From: an uncultured Polaromonas sp.
Lineage (GTDB): Bacteria; Pseudomonadota; Gammaproteobacteria; Burkholderiales; Burkholderiaceae_C
DNA length: 64,000 nt
Direction: 5' to 3'
Assembly: GCA_964575005.1 (NCBI GenBank)
Contig: CAZNQE010000003.1
Span: 1,991-65,990 of the forward strand
Positions 21,121 to 30,351 of this stretch are shown piece after piece; positions within the stretch are counted from its first letter, which is position 1, and each line of letters starts with the position of its first letter. The notes beneath the pieces were generated by a model. It did no database searches and had not been told where the DNA came from. It saw only the letters and a list, made by a program, of their open reading frames with translations. The position numbers and the translations under genes were made by a program.

Positions 21121-23091
21121 TCAAGCGCCAGCGACGGCACGTGCTGCCCGTTTCAAGGCGCCCCACAAGCGTGGGCTGCCCCCTGAAGCGGGCAAGAATT
21201 CACCTGAAAACAAATACTGAATTACTGCGCGCCGCTGCGGCACGCCTTCGGGCATCAGGTTGCCTACGCAGGTGAATGCATTGCCTTGGGCATATTGCCG
21301 AAGCACTTGCATGGGAATCTTTTGTTCACCCAAAACCAAGTGCCATTGACCCGGCAGGGGACCGGATTGCGACCAGACGAATTTGATGCCGTTGGCGCTC
21401 ATGTCAACCACCTGCACGTGCCGGATAAGCCCTGACTCGCTTTGGATGGGCAGCGTTTTGTCTATCTGGAATCGTTCCTCGGAGCGCTTGCGCGGTCTGT
21501 CCTCAACCAGCACCATTGCAAGCAGGAAGTGCACCAGGTTGTAGGCACTGAGAAAAATCAACCAGGCGTGAATGCTCGGTTCGGACACGCTGCGCTGGGC
21601 CACCCAACTGGCGTAAATCATGGCCAGCAGCGTCACCAGCGTCAGGCTCATGAAAACCCAAAACACAGTGCGGTCAGAGGCGGCAGTCGTTTGTCTGCCC
21701 TTGGGGGTCACCTTGAATATCTTGCTGCTCGCACGATCAAGGCCGAGCAGGTCAGCCAGGCCCACCACGGCTGAGACCGACAAGCGCACGGCCATCACCA
21801 TGGACAAGGCGGATGACAAGATGGGGCTGAACCGCCCCCGGCTGATCCAGGTGAGCGCGGCCAGGTTGAGCAGCACCGTGGGCAGCACAAACATGTAGAG
21901 ATCAGCGGTTTGCTCGATCACCATGATGCGCCAGCCCGTCAACAGGCAAATAGCCGGCGCCAGCATGATGGCGAGGTTGAAAAATGGGTTGATCAGCCAA
22001 TACAAGGGCATGAACAAAAGCCGCTGCATGAGGCTCAGGTGGGGATTGCGCAAAGGCCCGTCAGGCAGCAGCAGGGTCTGGATGGCGCCCCGGCTCCAGC
22101 GGTCTCGCTGCACAAAAAATGCCTCGATGGATTCAGCCGCCAGACCCATCGACAAGGCCTCGTTGAGGTAGCGCACCTGCCAGTTCCTGGCCAGCATGCG
22201 CAAGGAAGTCAGCAGGTCTTCGGTGATGCTTTCCGTGGCAAAGCCGCCGACGTCGCGCAGCGCAGCTGTTCGGATCATGGCGCAGGAGCCGCAAAAAAAC
22301 GCCACATTCCAGGCGTCGCGCGCGGGCTGTATCTCCCTGAAAAACAGCGCCTGCTCATCGGCCATGCCGCCGCCCAGTCCCAAGTGTTGCTGGGCGAGGT
22401 CGGTGTTGTAAAAGGTCTGCGGCGTTTGCAAGATGGCAAGCCGCGGGTTGTCAAAGTAGGGCAGCGCCGCTTTGACGAACTGACGGCCCGCCGCAAAGTC
22501 GGCGTCCATGACGACGATGAAATCCGCCTCGGTACTGGCCAGGGCATTGTTCAGGTTGCCGGCCTTGGCGTGCTTGTGTTCGCCGCGCCTGAGGTAGTCC
22601 ACTTGCCACTCGATGCACTGCAGCCGCAGCCATTCCTGATCCCCGTCGTCCAGCACTTTCACACGCAAGCGTGAATGGGCGACAGCCTGGGCCGCCAGCA
22701 CAGCTTTTTCGAGCACTTCGATGGGCTCGCGGTAGGTCGGAATCCAAATCTCGACCGAGGGCGCATGCGCTGAAGGCGCCGCCAGAGCGTGCCCGCGGTC
22801 CGGTCCGGACGCTTCGCGGGTTTTGCTCATGCACAGCCAAAAGATTGCCGCCTCCAGCAGGGCCACCGTTTCGATGCCGGCATAGGTCCAGGCGAGCCAA
22901 GCCCCGGCGGTGTCTTCTTGTGGCAGCGTAAAGCTCAGTCGCCACACCAGGTACACGCTGTTGCAGCCGATCACGCCCCAGCACACCCATTGGCGCGCCC
23001 CGGGCTCCTGCGGGTTGGCCAGGCTCAGCGCCCACGCGCCGATGGACAGGGCCACCAGCAGCGCCAGCAAATGGCCAGTGTCAGAAAACAT
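21121..23091 (-). CDS. Cellulose-synthase-like GT2 beta-glucan synthase with C-terminal PilZ-like motifs (BcsA/BgsA/CrdS-like)
   Basis: HAKAGN, DADF, QTPQ, FFCGS, TED, QRDRW, FKVTPK gating loop; RSEER (RxxxR) and DMSANG (DxSxxG). Confidence 0.88.
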   Translation of the reverse strand: MFSDTGHLLALLVALSIGAWALSLANPQEPGARQWVCWGVIGCNSVYLVWRLSFTLPQEDTAGAWLAWTYAGIETVALLEAAIFWLCMSKTREASGPDRGHALAAPSAHAPSVEIWIPTYREPIEVLEKAVLAAQAVAHSRLRVKVLDDGDQEWLRLQCIEWQVDYLRRGEHKHAKAGNLNNALASTEADFIVVMDADFAAGRQFVKAALPYFDNPRLAILQTPQTFYNTDLAQQHLGLGGGMADEQALFFREIQPARDAWNVAFFCGSCAMIRTAALRDVGGFATESITEDLLTSLRMLARNWQVRYLNEALSMGLAAESIEAFFVQRDRWSRGAIQTLLLPDGPLRNPHLSLMQRLLFMPLYWLINPFFNLAIMLAPAICLLTGWRIMVIEQTADLYMFVLPTVLLNLAALTWISRGRFSPILSSALSMVMAVRLSVSAVVGLADLLGLDRASSKIFKVTPKGRQTTAASDRTVFWVFMSLTLVTLLAMIYASWVAQRSVSEPSIHAWLIFLSAYNLVHFLLAMVLVEDRPRKRSEERFQIDKTLPIQSESGLIRHVQVVDMSANGIKFVWSQSGPLPGQWHLVLGEQKIPMQVLRQYAQGNAFTCVGNLMPEGVPQRRAVIQYLFSGEFLPASGGSPRLWGALKRAARAVAGA

Positions 23092-24199
23092 CAGCCAGGA
23101 AACTCGTCCAGCGCGGAACCCAGCCTGGCGCCGTCGGCAGCTGGGCGTGCACGGTTTGGCCCATCATGCAGTTTGATCCGCGCTCGATGCGCTGCGTAAA
23201 TTCCGACTCGGGCTGTACCCGCACACGGGCCATGCTCTCGAGCTCGCGTTCGTTGGGCGCAATAGCCAGCGCGAGTGGCGCTCCGCTGACATGACGCGGC
23301 TGGACCTGGGTGATCTTGCCGGTGTAAAAGCGCCACTCGCCGTTGACGCGAAAGGAGAGGGGCGAGCCCACCTGGTAGTCGGGCAAATCAATGACTGGCA
23401 CGCGCAGATCGATGAAAGCCTGCTTGCACAGCACATAGTGCGCGATCAAGTCGCCAGGCGCCAGAAATGCGCCCTCGGCCACTTGAAGCCCCATGAGCAG
23501 GCCCTGGCCCGGCGTGCGGATGCCCGCGTGGCCCAATGTCGTCATGTCCGCGCCGTACACACTGCTGGCCCAGGCCTTGAGTTCATGGATGCGAAGCCGA
23601 ACTTCATCGAGCCTTTGCTGCGTATAGCTCACGTCCAGCCCGCCCGCCCGCTCGCTCAGGAAGCCGTTTTGGGTCAGTGCCTGCAGGTTCATCTTGGCGC
23701 GGTCGGTGTTGAGCTGCGCAATCGCGCGCTCGACTTTGGCGTTTTCAAACACCAGCGTGACGTTGTCGAGTTTGGCCGGGCTGATGAAGCCTTGCGCCGT
23801 GAGCGACTCCTGGCGTTTGAACTCCTGGGTGTCGGCGGCCAAATTGAGCTCGGCCCGGCGCTGGTCGCCTTCACGCGCAGCCAGTTCGAGCTTCAGGCGC
23901 TGCCGCTCATTGCCCACAAACTGCTGCAGGCGCTCGGTCAGCATGACTTCTTGCGCTTGCAGCGCAGCCAGTTGATCGGCCTGGCGCGAGCGCAATTGCA
24001 CGACTTCTTGCGGGAGTTCTTCGTAAAAGCCGCTGGGCTCTGCGCCGCGTTTGGACACCACGGCCTCGACCGGCGCGCGAAGCTCGACCATCGGCGCATT
24101 CACCAACGCGAGGGCGGGTTGGCGTTTGAAAAGCCGGGGCAAGGTGATCAGGGCCAAAGCGGTCAAGATGGCAATGATCAAAAATCTTTTCAATATCAT
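23081..24199 (-). CDS. HlyD/membrane-fusion-type periplasmic adaptor (BgsB-like)
   Basis: N-terminal TM, lipoyl half-motifs (LRAPVEAVV, IRTPGQG), long coiled coil; overlaps the GT2 gene. Confidence 0.75.
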   Translation of the reverse strand: MILKRFLIIAILTALALITLPRLFKRQPALALVNAPMVELRAPVEAVVSKRGAEPSGFYEELPQEVVQLRSRQADQLAALQAQEVMLTERLQQFVGNERQRLKLELAAREGDQRRAELNLAADTQEFKRQESLTAQGFISPAKLDNVTLVFENAKVERAIAQLNTDRAKMNLQALTQNGFLSERAGGLDVSYTQQRLDEVRLRIHELKAWASSVYGADMTTLGHAGIRTPGQGLLMGLQVAEGAFLAPGDLIAHYVLCKQAFIDLRVPVIDLPDYQVGSPLSFRVNGEWRFYTGKITQVQPRHVSGAPLALAIAPNERELESMARVRVQPESEFTQRIERGSNCMMGQTVHAQLPTAPGWVPRWTSFLADVF

Positions 24200-24290
24200 T
24201 ATTTAGTTAAATAATTTGAAACTCGTCCACATCGTTTAATCACGAGTTTTTATCGAGATTAACGTTCCTCACGAGCTCGGCATCGTAGCG

Positions 24291-26573
24291 CTAGGAGGTG
24301 CTTTGCGGTGAACTGCTTCGGCTCTTTTTGCGCGGGTAGTTCAAGGGGGGCTGAGGGCTTAGATCGAAGGTTTTCGGCCAGGCATCAAAGTCGGTCGGTC
24401 GGCCTAAATGCCAGCCCTGGAACATGTCCACGCCGAGCTCGTACAAAAGGCAGTACTGCTCTTCGGTTTCCACGCCTTCTGCCACGGTCTTCATTCCCAG
24501 GGTGTCGCACAGATGGACGATGCCTTCGAACAAGCGGCGCGCACGCGTGCTGTGCGTGATGTCTTGCACGAAGGTTCGATCGATCTTGACCTTGTTGAAC
24601 GGCAGATCACGCAGCTGGCTCATCGCCGAGTACCCGGTGCCGAAGTCGTCCAGCGACAGGCAAAAGCCGGCTTCGCTGAGCTTGTGAAGCAGGGGTGCCG
24701 CGGTCTTCATCTCGTGCACATAGGCTGATTCTGTGAGCTCCAGGTCCAGTCGCTGGGGCTCAACACCCATCTCCTTGCACAGCTTGAGCAGGTGCTCGCA
24801 CAGCCTGGCATCGCGCAGCTGCAGAGCAGAGAGGTTGACCGCCACAAACGCTGTTTCGCCCCGCGTTTTCAAGGTTTTCGCGGCCAGGACAGCACGGTGC
24901 AGGGCGAATTGACCGACACGCGGCATCAGCCCGGCTTGCTCCACCAATGGAATAAATTCGACAGGCGATACGACGCCGTGCTGCGGCGTGTTCCAGCGCA
25001 TCAGCATTTCGCCGCCCACGATGAAACCACCGCGGTTCACGACCGTTTGCACTTCAAATCGAAACCCATCGTGTTCTGCATCCATGCGCAGCTGATTGAT
25101 CAGCTCCGCCCGCCGCATCACATCGCGCTCAAGGCGAATCTGAAAGAACTCCAGGCGATCGCGCCCGGCCTCTTTGGCCATGTACATGGCCGCATCTGCG
25201 CGGCGCAAAAGGGTGGCCGAATCCAGGCCATCGCGCGGTGCCAAGGCGGCGCCCAAGCTCGCACCCACGGCCACTTCACGGTCCTTGGTTCGGATGGTTT
25301 GGCGGCAATGCGCCAGGATGGCGCTTCCCAGCGCATGCACGTGTTCTTCGCTCTGGACGTCCGGCATGACCACAATGAATTCGTCCCCGCCCCAGCGGCC
25401 CACAAAATAAGGCGGCTGTATCGCCGTTCGCAAGCGACTGGCCACTTCTCGCAACACCTCGTCGCCGACCTCATGGCCGGCCGAGTCATTGACCAGCTTG
25501 AAGCCGTCCAGGTCAATGAAGATCAGCGCCGCGGCCTTGCCCTGCATGAGCACTTCGTCCAGCCGTTTTTCGATCGCAATTCGGTTCGGCAGCTGGGTCA
25601 AGGCATCGGTGTTGGCCAGGCGTAAAAGCACTTCCCGCGCCTGCTTGCGTTCGCGCGCGTCTTGCAGCGCCACCACGGTGTAGCGGCCCTTGGTTTCCAG
25701 CGTGTCCACCACTTCAGCCACCATGTTCACCGCGACCAGCTCGCGCCGGTTGTCCAGCACCAGCTCACCTTGCCAGCGCCGGCTGCCCTCGGGCTTTTGG
25801 ACGGGCAAGTCCATCCAGTCTTTCAGGGACTGACCTGCAAGGTCCTTGGCGTCCAGAACCATCATGCGGGCCAAGGCGGTGTTGCCCTCGACGATCCGCC
25901 ACTCCTGATCGACGATGGCCATGGCGTCGTGGGTGCTGGCAAAGGCCTGAGCCATCAGGCGCAGCGACTGCTCGGCCTGGCGTTGCTCGGTGATGTCCTT
26001 GATGGTGCCGACGATGCGCAAGGCTCGGCCGTTTTCAGTCATCTCGACCGGGCGCCCGCGCACGCGAATCCAGCGCCACTCGCCGCTCCATCGGCAGCGG
26101 CAAGACGCGTCAATATCGCCTCGATCGCCATTGACTACCAAGCTCCAGGCCATGAAATAGCCAATCACATCGTCCCGGTGCAAAGCCATGCGCAGTTGTT
26201 CGGACGTCGCGGGCGGAACGTCCACGGGCTCGCCGTTCAGCAGCAGCTGGTCAATCGTCACCAGGTCCGTGTCCGCCTGCCACGACCAGATGCCTTCGCC
26301 GCTGGCCCACAAGGCCAGCTTTAGCCGGTCTTTGCCCTCGCGCGTCGTTTGCAGGGATTCGAAGAGCTCGGAGCTTTTGTCGTGGAGCAGTTGTTCGGCT
26401 TCCTTGCGGGCCTTTCGCTCGCGCTCGGCCCGTCTTTCGTGCCTGAACACGCTCTCCGTGAGCAAGACTATCTCCGTGCCTTGCTGCTCAGCTTGCTGTG
26501 TCAGCTCGGCAATGCGCTGCGCCAGGCACGCAGCGTCCTGTGTCTGTGGCGCTGGGCGAGCTTGCTCAGTCAT
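24291..26573 (-). CDS. PAS-PAS-GGDEF-EAL c-di-GMP enzyme, H-NOX-associated
   Basis: Coiled coil RERKARKEAEQLL; GGDEF intact; EAL domain with EML, ELTES, DDFGTGYS, KIDR, EGVE, QGW. Confidence 0.92.
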   Translation of the reverse strand: MTEQARPAPQTQDAACLAQRIAELTQQAEQQGTEIVLLTESVFRHERRAERERKARKEAEQLLHDKSSELFESLQTTREGKDRLKLALWASGEGIWSWQADTDLVTIDQLLLNGEPVDVPPATSEQLRMALHRDDVIGYFMAWSLVVNGDRGDIDASCRCRWSGEWRWIRVRGRPVEMTENGRALRIVGTIKDITEQRQAEQSLRLMAQAFASTHDAMAIVDQEWRIVEGNTALARMMVLDAKDLAGQSLKDWMDLPVQKPEGSRRWQGELVLDNRRELVAVNMVAEVVDTLETKGRYTVVALQDARERKQAREVLLRLANTDALTQLPNRIAIEKRLDEVLMQGKAAALIFIDLDGFKLVNDSAGHEVGDEVLREVASRLRTAIQPPYFVGRWGGDEFIVVMPDVQSEEHVHALGSAILAHCRQTIRTKDREVAVGASLGAALAPRDGLDSATLLRRADAAMYMAKEAGRDRLEFFQIRLERDVMRRAELINQLRMDAEHDGFRFEVQTVVNRGGFIVGGEMLMRWNTPQHGVVSPVEFIPLVEQAGLMPRVGQFALHRAVLAAKTLKTRGETAFVAVNLSALQLRDARLCEHLLKLCKEMGVEPQRLDLELTESAYVHEMKTAAPLLHKLSEAGFCLSLDDFGTGYSAMSQLRDLPFNKVKIDRTFVQDITHSTRARRLFEGIVHLCDTLGMKTVAEGVETEEQYCLLYELGVDMFQGWHLGRPTDFDAWPKTFDLSPQPPLNYPRKKSRSSSPQSTS

Positions 26574-27124
26574 TCAGCGGCCTGGGCAAGCGGGCTGATT
26601 TTGGTGACAGCGAAGGTGCAGCCCGTCTCGTCCGAGCGTGCCTCGACACGAAGCGGCTGCCCGGCAAAGTCGCCGAGTTGTTCGATAAGCCCTTGTGCCA
26701 GCAACTCCATGCGCCGTGGTGAGCTGTAGTGCAACTCCAAGACATCTTTGCTGCGAGACACCACCTTAAAGCGCGGCAAGGTGGCGTTGCTGTAAAGCTT
26801 TTTGACCTCGACGTGAATGTCCGAGTCGATTCGAGCCAGGAAATCGAAGACGTCCGGATGGCGCTGAAAGTGGCCGGGGTGGGAGTGGGCAAAGCGGCCG
26901 AGCAAATGCCGGCCAAACGCGCGGACCAGTTCACCCGCCGGAATGCCCGTTATTTCTGACAGTCGGCCGACCATGGCTTGAACATGTTCAGCGGGGTAGG
27001 CCCCCACGGCGGTGTACACGCCCCCGCCTTGGTCCTCAGCCGCCTCGATCATCTTGTCCGCAACTTCGGGCGAAAACTTGTCTTCGACCATCTCAATGAG
27101 TTCTGTGAACACCATGCCCAACAT
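26570..27124 (-). CDS. Heme NO-binding (H-NOX) protein
   Basis: MLGMVF N-terminus, proximal His in IHVEVKKLY, YSSPR (YxSxR) heme-propionate motif; 4-nt overlap with the downstream enzyme. Confidence 0.9.
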   Translation of the reverse strand: MLGMVFTELIEMVEDKFSPEVADKMIEAAEDQGGGVYTAVGAYPAEHVQAMVGRLSEITGIPAGELVRAFGRHLLGRFAHSHPGHFQRHPDVFDFLARIDSDIHVEVKKLYSNATLPRFKVVSRSKDVLELHYSSPRRMELLAQGLIEQLGDFAGQPLRVEARSDETGCTFAVTKISPLAQAAE

Positions 27125-27147
27125 GACAACCTCGACTTCAATTTTTG

Positions 27148-27197
27148 GTGATTACAACGATTTAGGAGCCGCCAAAGGCCAAGAATTTAATCGTTGT
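27148..27197. promoter_or_regulatory. Inverted pair of ACAACGATTWA motifs in the divergent H-NOX / NIT-MCP intergenic region
   Basis: ACAACGATT (27154-27162) and AATCGTTGT (27189-27197); the motif recurs at 32894 and 58519. Confidence 0.45.
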
Positions 27198-27341
27198 CTT
27201 AGTGATTATGTTTCATGTTGTGAACGGCTTTGGAGTCCACGCTTTTTTACTTCCTTTTCAAAGGATGCGCCGATTGATGCACTAAACAGGCAATTACCGG
27301 CAGTAAAGCTAAGATGCTGAGCTTCCTGAGGAGACTATCGA

Positions 27342-29642
27342 ATGATTCAGTGGCTGTCGCGGTTCAGTATCCGTGCTCGTTTGCTTGCGTTGGTGGGTTT
27401 GACCCTGTTTGTGCTTGCATTGTTTGCAATGGATGTGGTGGCTGAGCGCTACAAGCAAGGCCAAGCTTTTGAGCGCGGCGCCATGGCCATTCAAGAGGCG
27501 ACCCTCACCGGGGACCTGGTCCACCAGCTCCAGCTCGAACGCGGACTCAGCGGCGGATTCATCGGCGCGCAAGGTGCAGCGCAGGTTGGCGAAACCCTGA
27601 AGCGGCAGCGCACCCAGTCGGACCAGCGCTTGCTGGCTTTGCGCTCGACATTGCCGCCCGAAGCCGGCGCGCAGATCGAGATGCTCGACGAGCTGGTCAA
27701 AGGCCTGAGCGATATTCGCACCAAGGTCGATGCGCTGGCGCTGGACGCACCTGGCGCTGTGGGCTGGTACAGCGCTCAGGTGGATAAATGGCTGGCCCGC
27801 ATCGGCCTGCTGCAGCGCCAGGCGCCTGACGCCCAGTTTGCGCGCCAGACCACAGCCTACTTTTACCTGGTGTCGGCCAAGGAGTTCTATGGCCGGGAGC
27901 GCGCACTCATCAATTCGGCCTTGACCAGCCGCAAGCCCCTGGGCGACCAGGGGCTGCGCAACCTCAATGCCATCGTGGCGCGCCAGGTCACGTTCGAGGC
28001 CTTGCTCATGGCCAGTGCGGACGGCGCCGATGCCGCCCTGTTCAGTGACGCCCTGAAGTCAGCGCCGGCACTGCGCGCCCAGGAAATGCGCGCCGCCGTG
28101 ATCGAAAGTGCCGCCAGCGGGGACTACCCGATCGCCGCAGCCGACTGGTGGAGCCAGGTCAGCGCCAAGATGGATGCGGTCAAGCAAGTCGATGACCAGG
28201 TGGCCAGGAAGCTGCTGGCGCAAGCCCAAAACCAGGCACTTGACCGCAAGACTGAATTGACGATTGCCGCCGCGGCCAGCGCTGCGGCTTTGCTGCTCAG
28301 CCTGGGCCTGGCCTGGCTGATCGCCTTGAGCATCAGCCGGCCGCTGGTAGCGCTGCAGGGCACCATGAAAGAAATTGGCGAGAGCTTTGACTTGTCGCGA
28401 CAGGTCAACGTGCCGGGCAACGACGAGATTGCGCAAACGGCAAACAGCTTCAATCAGATGATGAAGACGCTCTCGGGCGCCATTGCCGAAGTCGACGCTG
28501 CCATGCAAGGCCTGGCGGCGGGCGACTTTTCGCGCCCCATCAGGGCGCCGCTCAAGGGCGACATGGAGCGGCTCAAGCAGTCCGTGAACCAGACGCTGGA
28601 GTCAGTGTCTGAAGTCATGAAGGGCCTGGGAAGCGTGACGCAGGCGCTGCAAGCGGGCGACCTGTCTGCACGCATGAGCGTCAAAGCCAGCGGCGCCTTT
28701 GAGGTGGCTGCCAAGCAGTTGACGGCCGCCGTCACGTCCCTGGAAGGCATGACCAGCGACATCGGCCGCGTGATGAGCGCCGTTGCCGGGGGCAATTTGC
28801 GCCTGCGTGTGGATGCCGTGGCCCAAGGCGACTTGCTGCGCCTGAAAAACGACATCAACGGCTCGCTTGAAGCCCTGGCCGGAACGCTGCGCAAGGTCAA
28901 TCAAAACACCCGCCAGGTGGCCGCAGCCTCCAGCCAGACCAGCACCGCCATCAGCCAGATTGCCGATGGCGTTCAAAACCAGACGCTGGCGCTCAATCAG
29001 GTGGCCACGGCCGTGCGGCAGACCACGGTGGCTGTGGCCGACGTCTCGCGCAACACTGAACTGGCCAGCACCCAGGCGCGTGACGCCACCGCCATGACCC
29101 GCTCCGGTTTGGAGAAGATGGAGCGCATGGTTGACATCGTCGGGCGCATCGCCCTGAACTCGGAAAAGATCAACAAGATCACCGAAGTGATCGAAAAGAT
29201 TGCCAACAAAACCAATCTGCTCTCGCTCAACGCCGCCATCGAAGCGGCGCGTGCAGGCGAGCACGGCAAGGGCTTTTCGGTGGTGGCTGAAGAGGTTGGC
29301 AAGCTGGCGCAAAACAGCGCTCAAAGCTCGCAGGAAATCGCCGCACTCGTGGGCGAAGCGGTTGACGAAACCCGTCTGGCGGTCGATTCGGTCGCTCAGG
29401 TGCGCAACGACATGATCAACCTCGAAGCCAGCGCGGAGCAGACCCGGTCGATGCTGGTGCGGATTGCCGCAGCCATGGAGCAGCAGTCCAGCGCGGTGGA
29501 AGAAATCAACGCCAATCTGGGCAGCCTCAACGCCATCGCCGACTCCAATGCCTCAGCCTCTGAGGAAATCACGGCCACGGTGATTGGCCTGTCGCAACTG
29601 GCCGATTCGACGCGAATGGAAGTGGAGCGGTTTGAGGTCTGA
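27342..29642 (+). CDS. Methyl-accepting chemotaxis protein with NIT (nitrate/nitrite) sensor and poly-HAMP
   Basis: NIT motifs [10 protein letters not shown] and KEFYGRERA between two TMs; HAMP repeats; MCP core [22 protein letters not shown]. Confidence 0.9.
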   Translation: MIQWLSRFSIRARLLALVGLTLFVLALFAMDVVAERYKQGQAFERGAMAIQEATLTGDLVHQLQLERGLSGGFIGAQGAAQVGETLKRQRTQSDQRLLALRSTLPPEAGAQIEMLDELVKGLSDIRTKVDALALDAPGAVGWYSAQVDKWLARIGLLQRQAPDAQFARQTTAYFYLVSAKEFYGRERALINSALTSRKPLGDQGLRNLNAIVARQVTFEALLMASADGADAALFSDALKSAPALRAQEMRAAVIESAASGDYPIAAADWWSQVSAKMDAVKQVDDQVARKLLAQAQNQALDRKTELTIAAAASAAALLLSLGLAWLIALSISRPLVALQGTMKEIGESFDLSRQVNVPGNDEIAQTANSFNQMMKTLSGAIAEVDAAMQGLAAGDFSRPIRAPLKGDMERLKQSVNQTLESVSEVMKGLGSVTQALQAGDLSARMSVKASGAFEVAAKQLTAAVTSLEGMTSDIGRVMSAVAGGNLRLRVDAVAQGDLLRLKNDINGSLEALAGTLRKVNQNTRQVAAASSQTSTAISQIADGVQNQTLALNQVATAVRQTTVAVADVSRNTELASTQARDATAMTRSGLEKMERMVDIVGRIALNSEKINKITEVIEKIANKTNLLSLNAAIEAARAGEHGKGFSVVAEEVGKLAQNSAQSSQEIAALVGEAVDETRLAVDSVAQVRNDMINLEASAEQTRSMLVRIAAAMEQQSSAVEEINANLGSLNAIADSNASASEEITATVIGLSQLADSTRMEVERFEV

Positions 29643-29657
29643 GCGCCGGCCGCCGCT

Positions 29658-30296
29658 TCAGCCGCGCTTGAACAGCGAAAGCAACACTCCGGCGGCTACA
29701 AACAGGCTCCCGAAGATGCGGTTCAGCGCTTTGAGCTGACGCGGTGAGCGTAGAAGGCCCAGCACCTTGGCCGCCAGCGCGGTGTAGCCGGCCATCACGA
29801 CAAGGTCGGTGAACGCCAGCGTGGCGCCAATCACCACGTACTGAAGGGGCAGGGGGTGGGTGAGGTCGAGAAACTGCGGCACCACCGCCAACAAAAACAC
29901 CGTGCCTTTGGGGTTGAAGCTGTTGACCATCCAGCCGCGCATGAAAAGTTGCCGGCCGGTCTCGGCGACAGCGCTTGTTTCTTGCGCTTCGTCCGGGCTG
30001 GGTGCCACTTGCACGGGCGCGCGAAACTGCTTGATGCCCAGCCACACCAAGTAGGCCACGCCCACCCATTTGACAAAGGCGAATGCCGTGCTGGACGCCG
30101 CGATGACCGCGCCCAGGCCCACGCCCACCACCAGCAACTGCGTCCAGATGCCCAGGACCAAGCCGTAGGTGATCACATAGCCGTGCTTAAAACCGTGTGA
30201 AAGGCCGGCACCCATGGCCGCCACCGCGCCAGCGCCCGGTGAAAGACTGATGGCCCAGGCCGCGGCAAAAAACGGGAGCCAGATTGAAAGTTCCAT
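29658..30296 (-). CDS. LysE/RhtB family amino-acid exporter
   Basis: LSPGAG, KWVGVAYLVWLG, NPKG, LPLQY; likely start MELSIW at 30296. Confidence 0.88.
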   Translation of the reverse strand: MELSIWLPFFAAAWAISLSPGAGAVAAMGAGLSHGFKHGYVITYGLVLGIWTQLLVVGVGLGAVIAASSTAFAFVKWVGVAYLVWLGIKQFRAPVQVAPSPDEAQETSAVAETGRQLFMRGWMVNSFNPKGTVFLLAVVPQFLDLTHPLPLQYVVIGATLAFTDLVVMAGYTALAAKVLGLLRSPRQLKALNRIFGSLFVAAGVLLSLFKRG

Positions 30297-30351
30297 GCCG
30301 CATTGTCGCGCTGCACTGAGCCGGCGACAGGGCAGGACGGTCGGCTCAGGC

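Noticed and set aside
21121-23091. Calling the GT2 gene bcsA
   Set aside because: No bcsB/bcsZ/bcsC nearby, and product linkage cannot be read from motifs.
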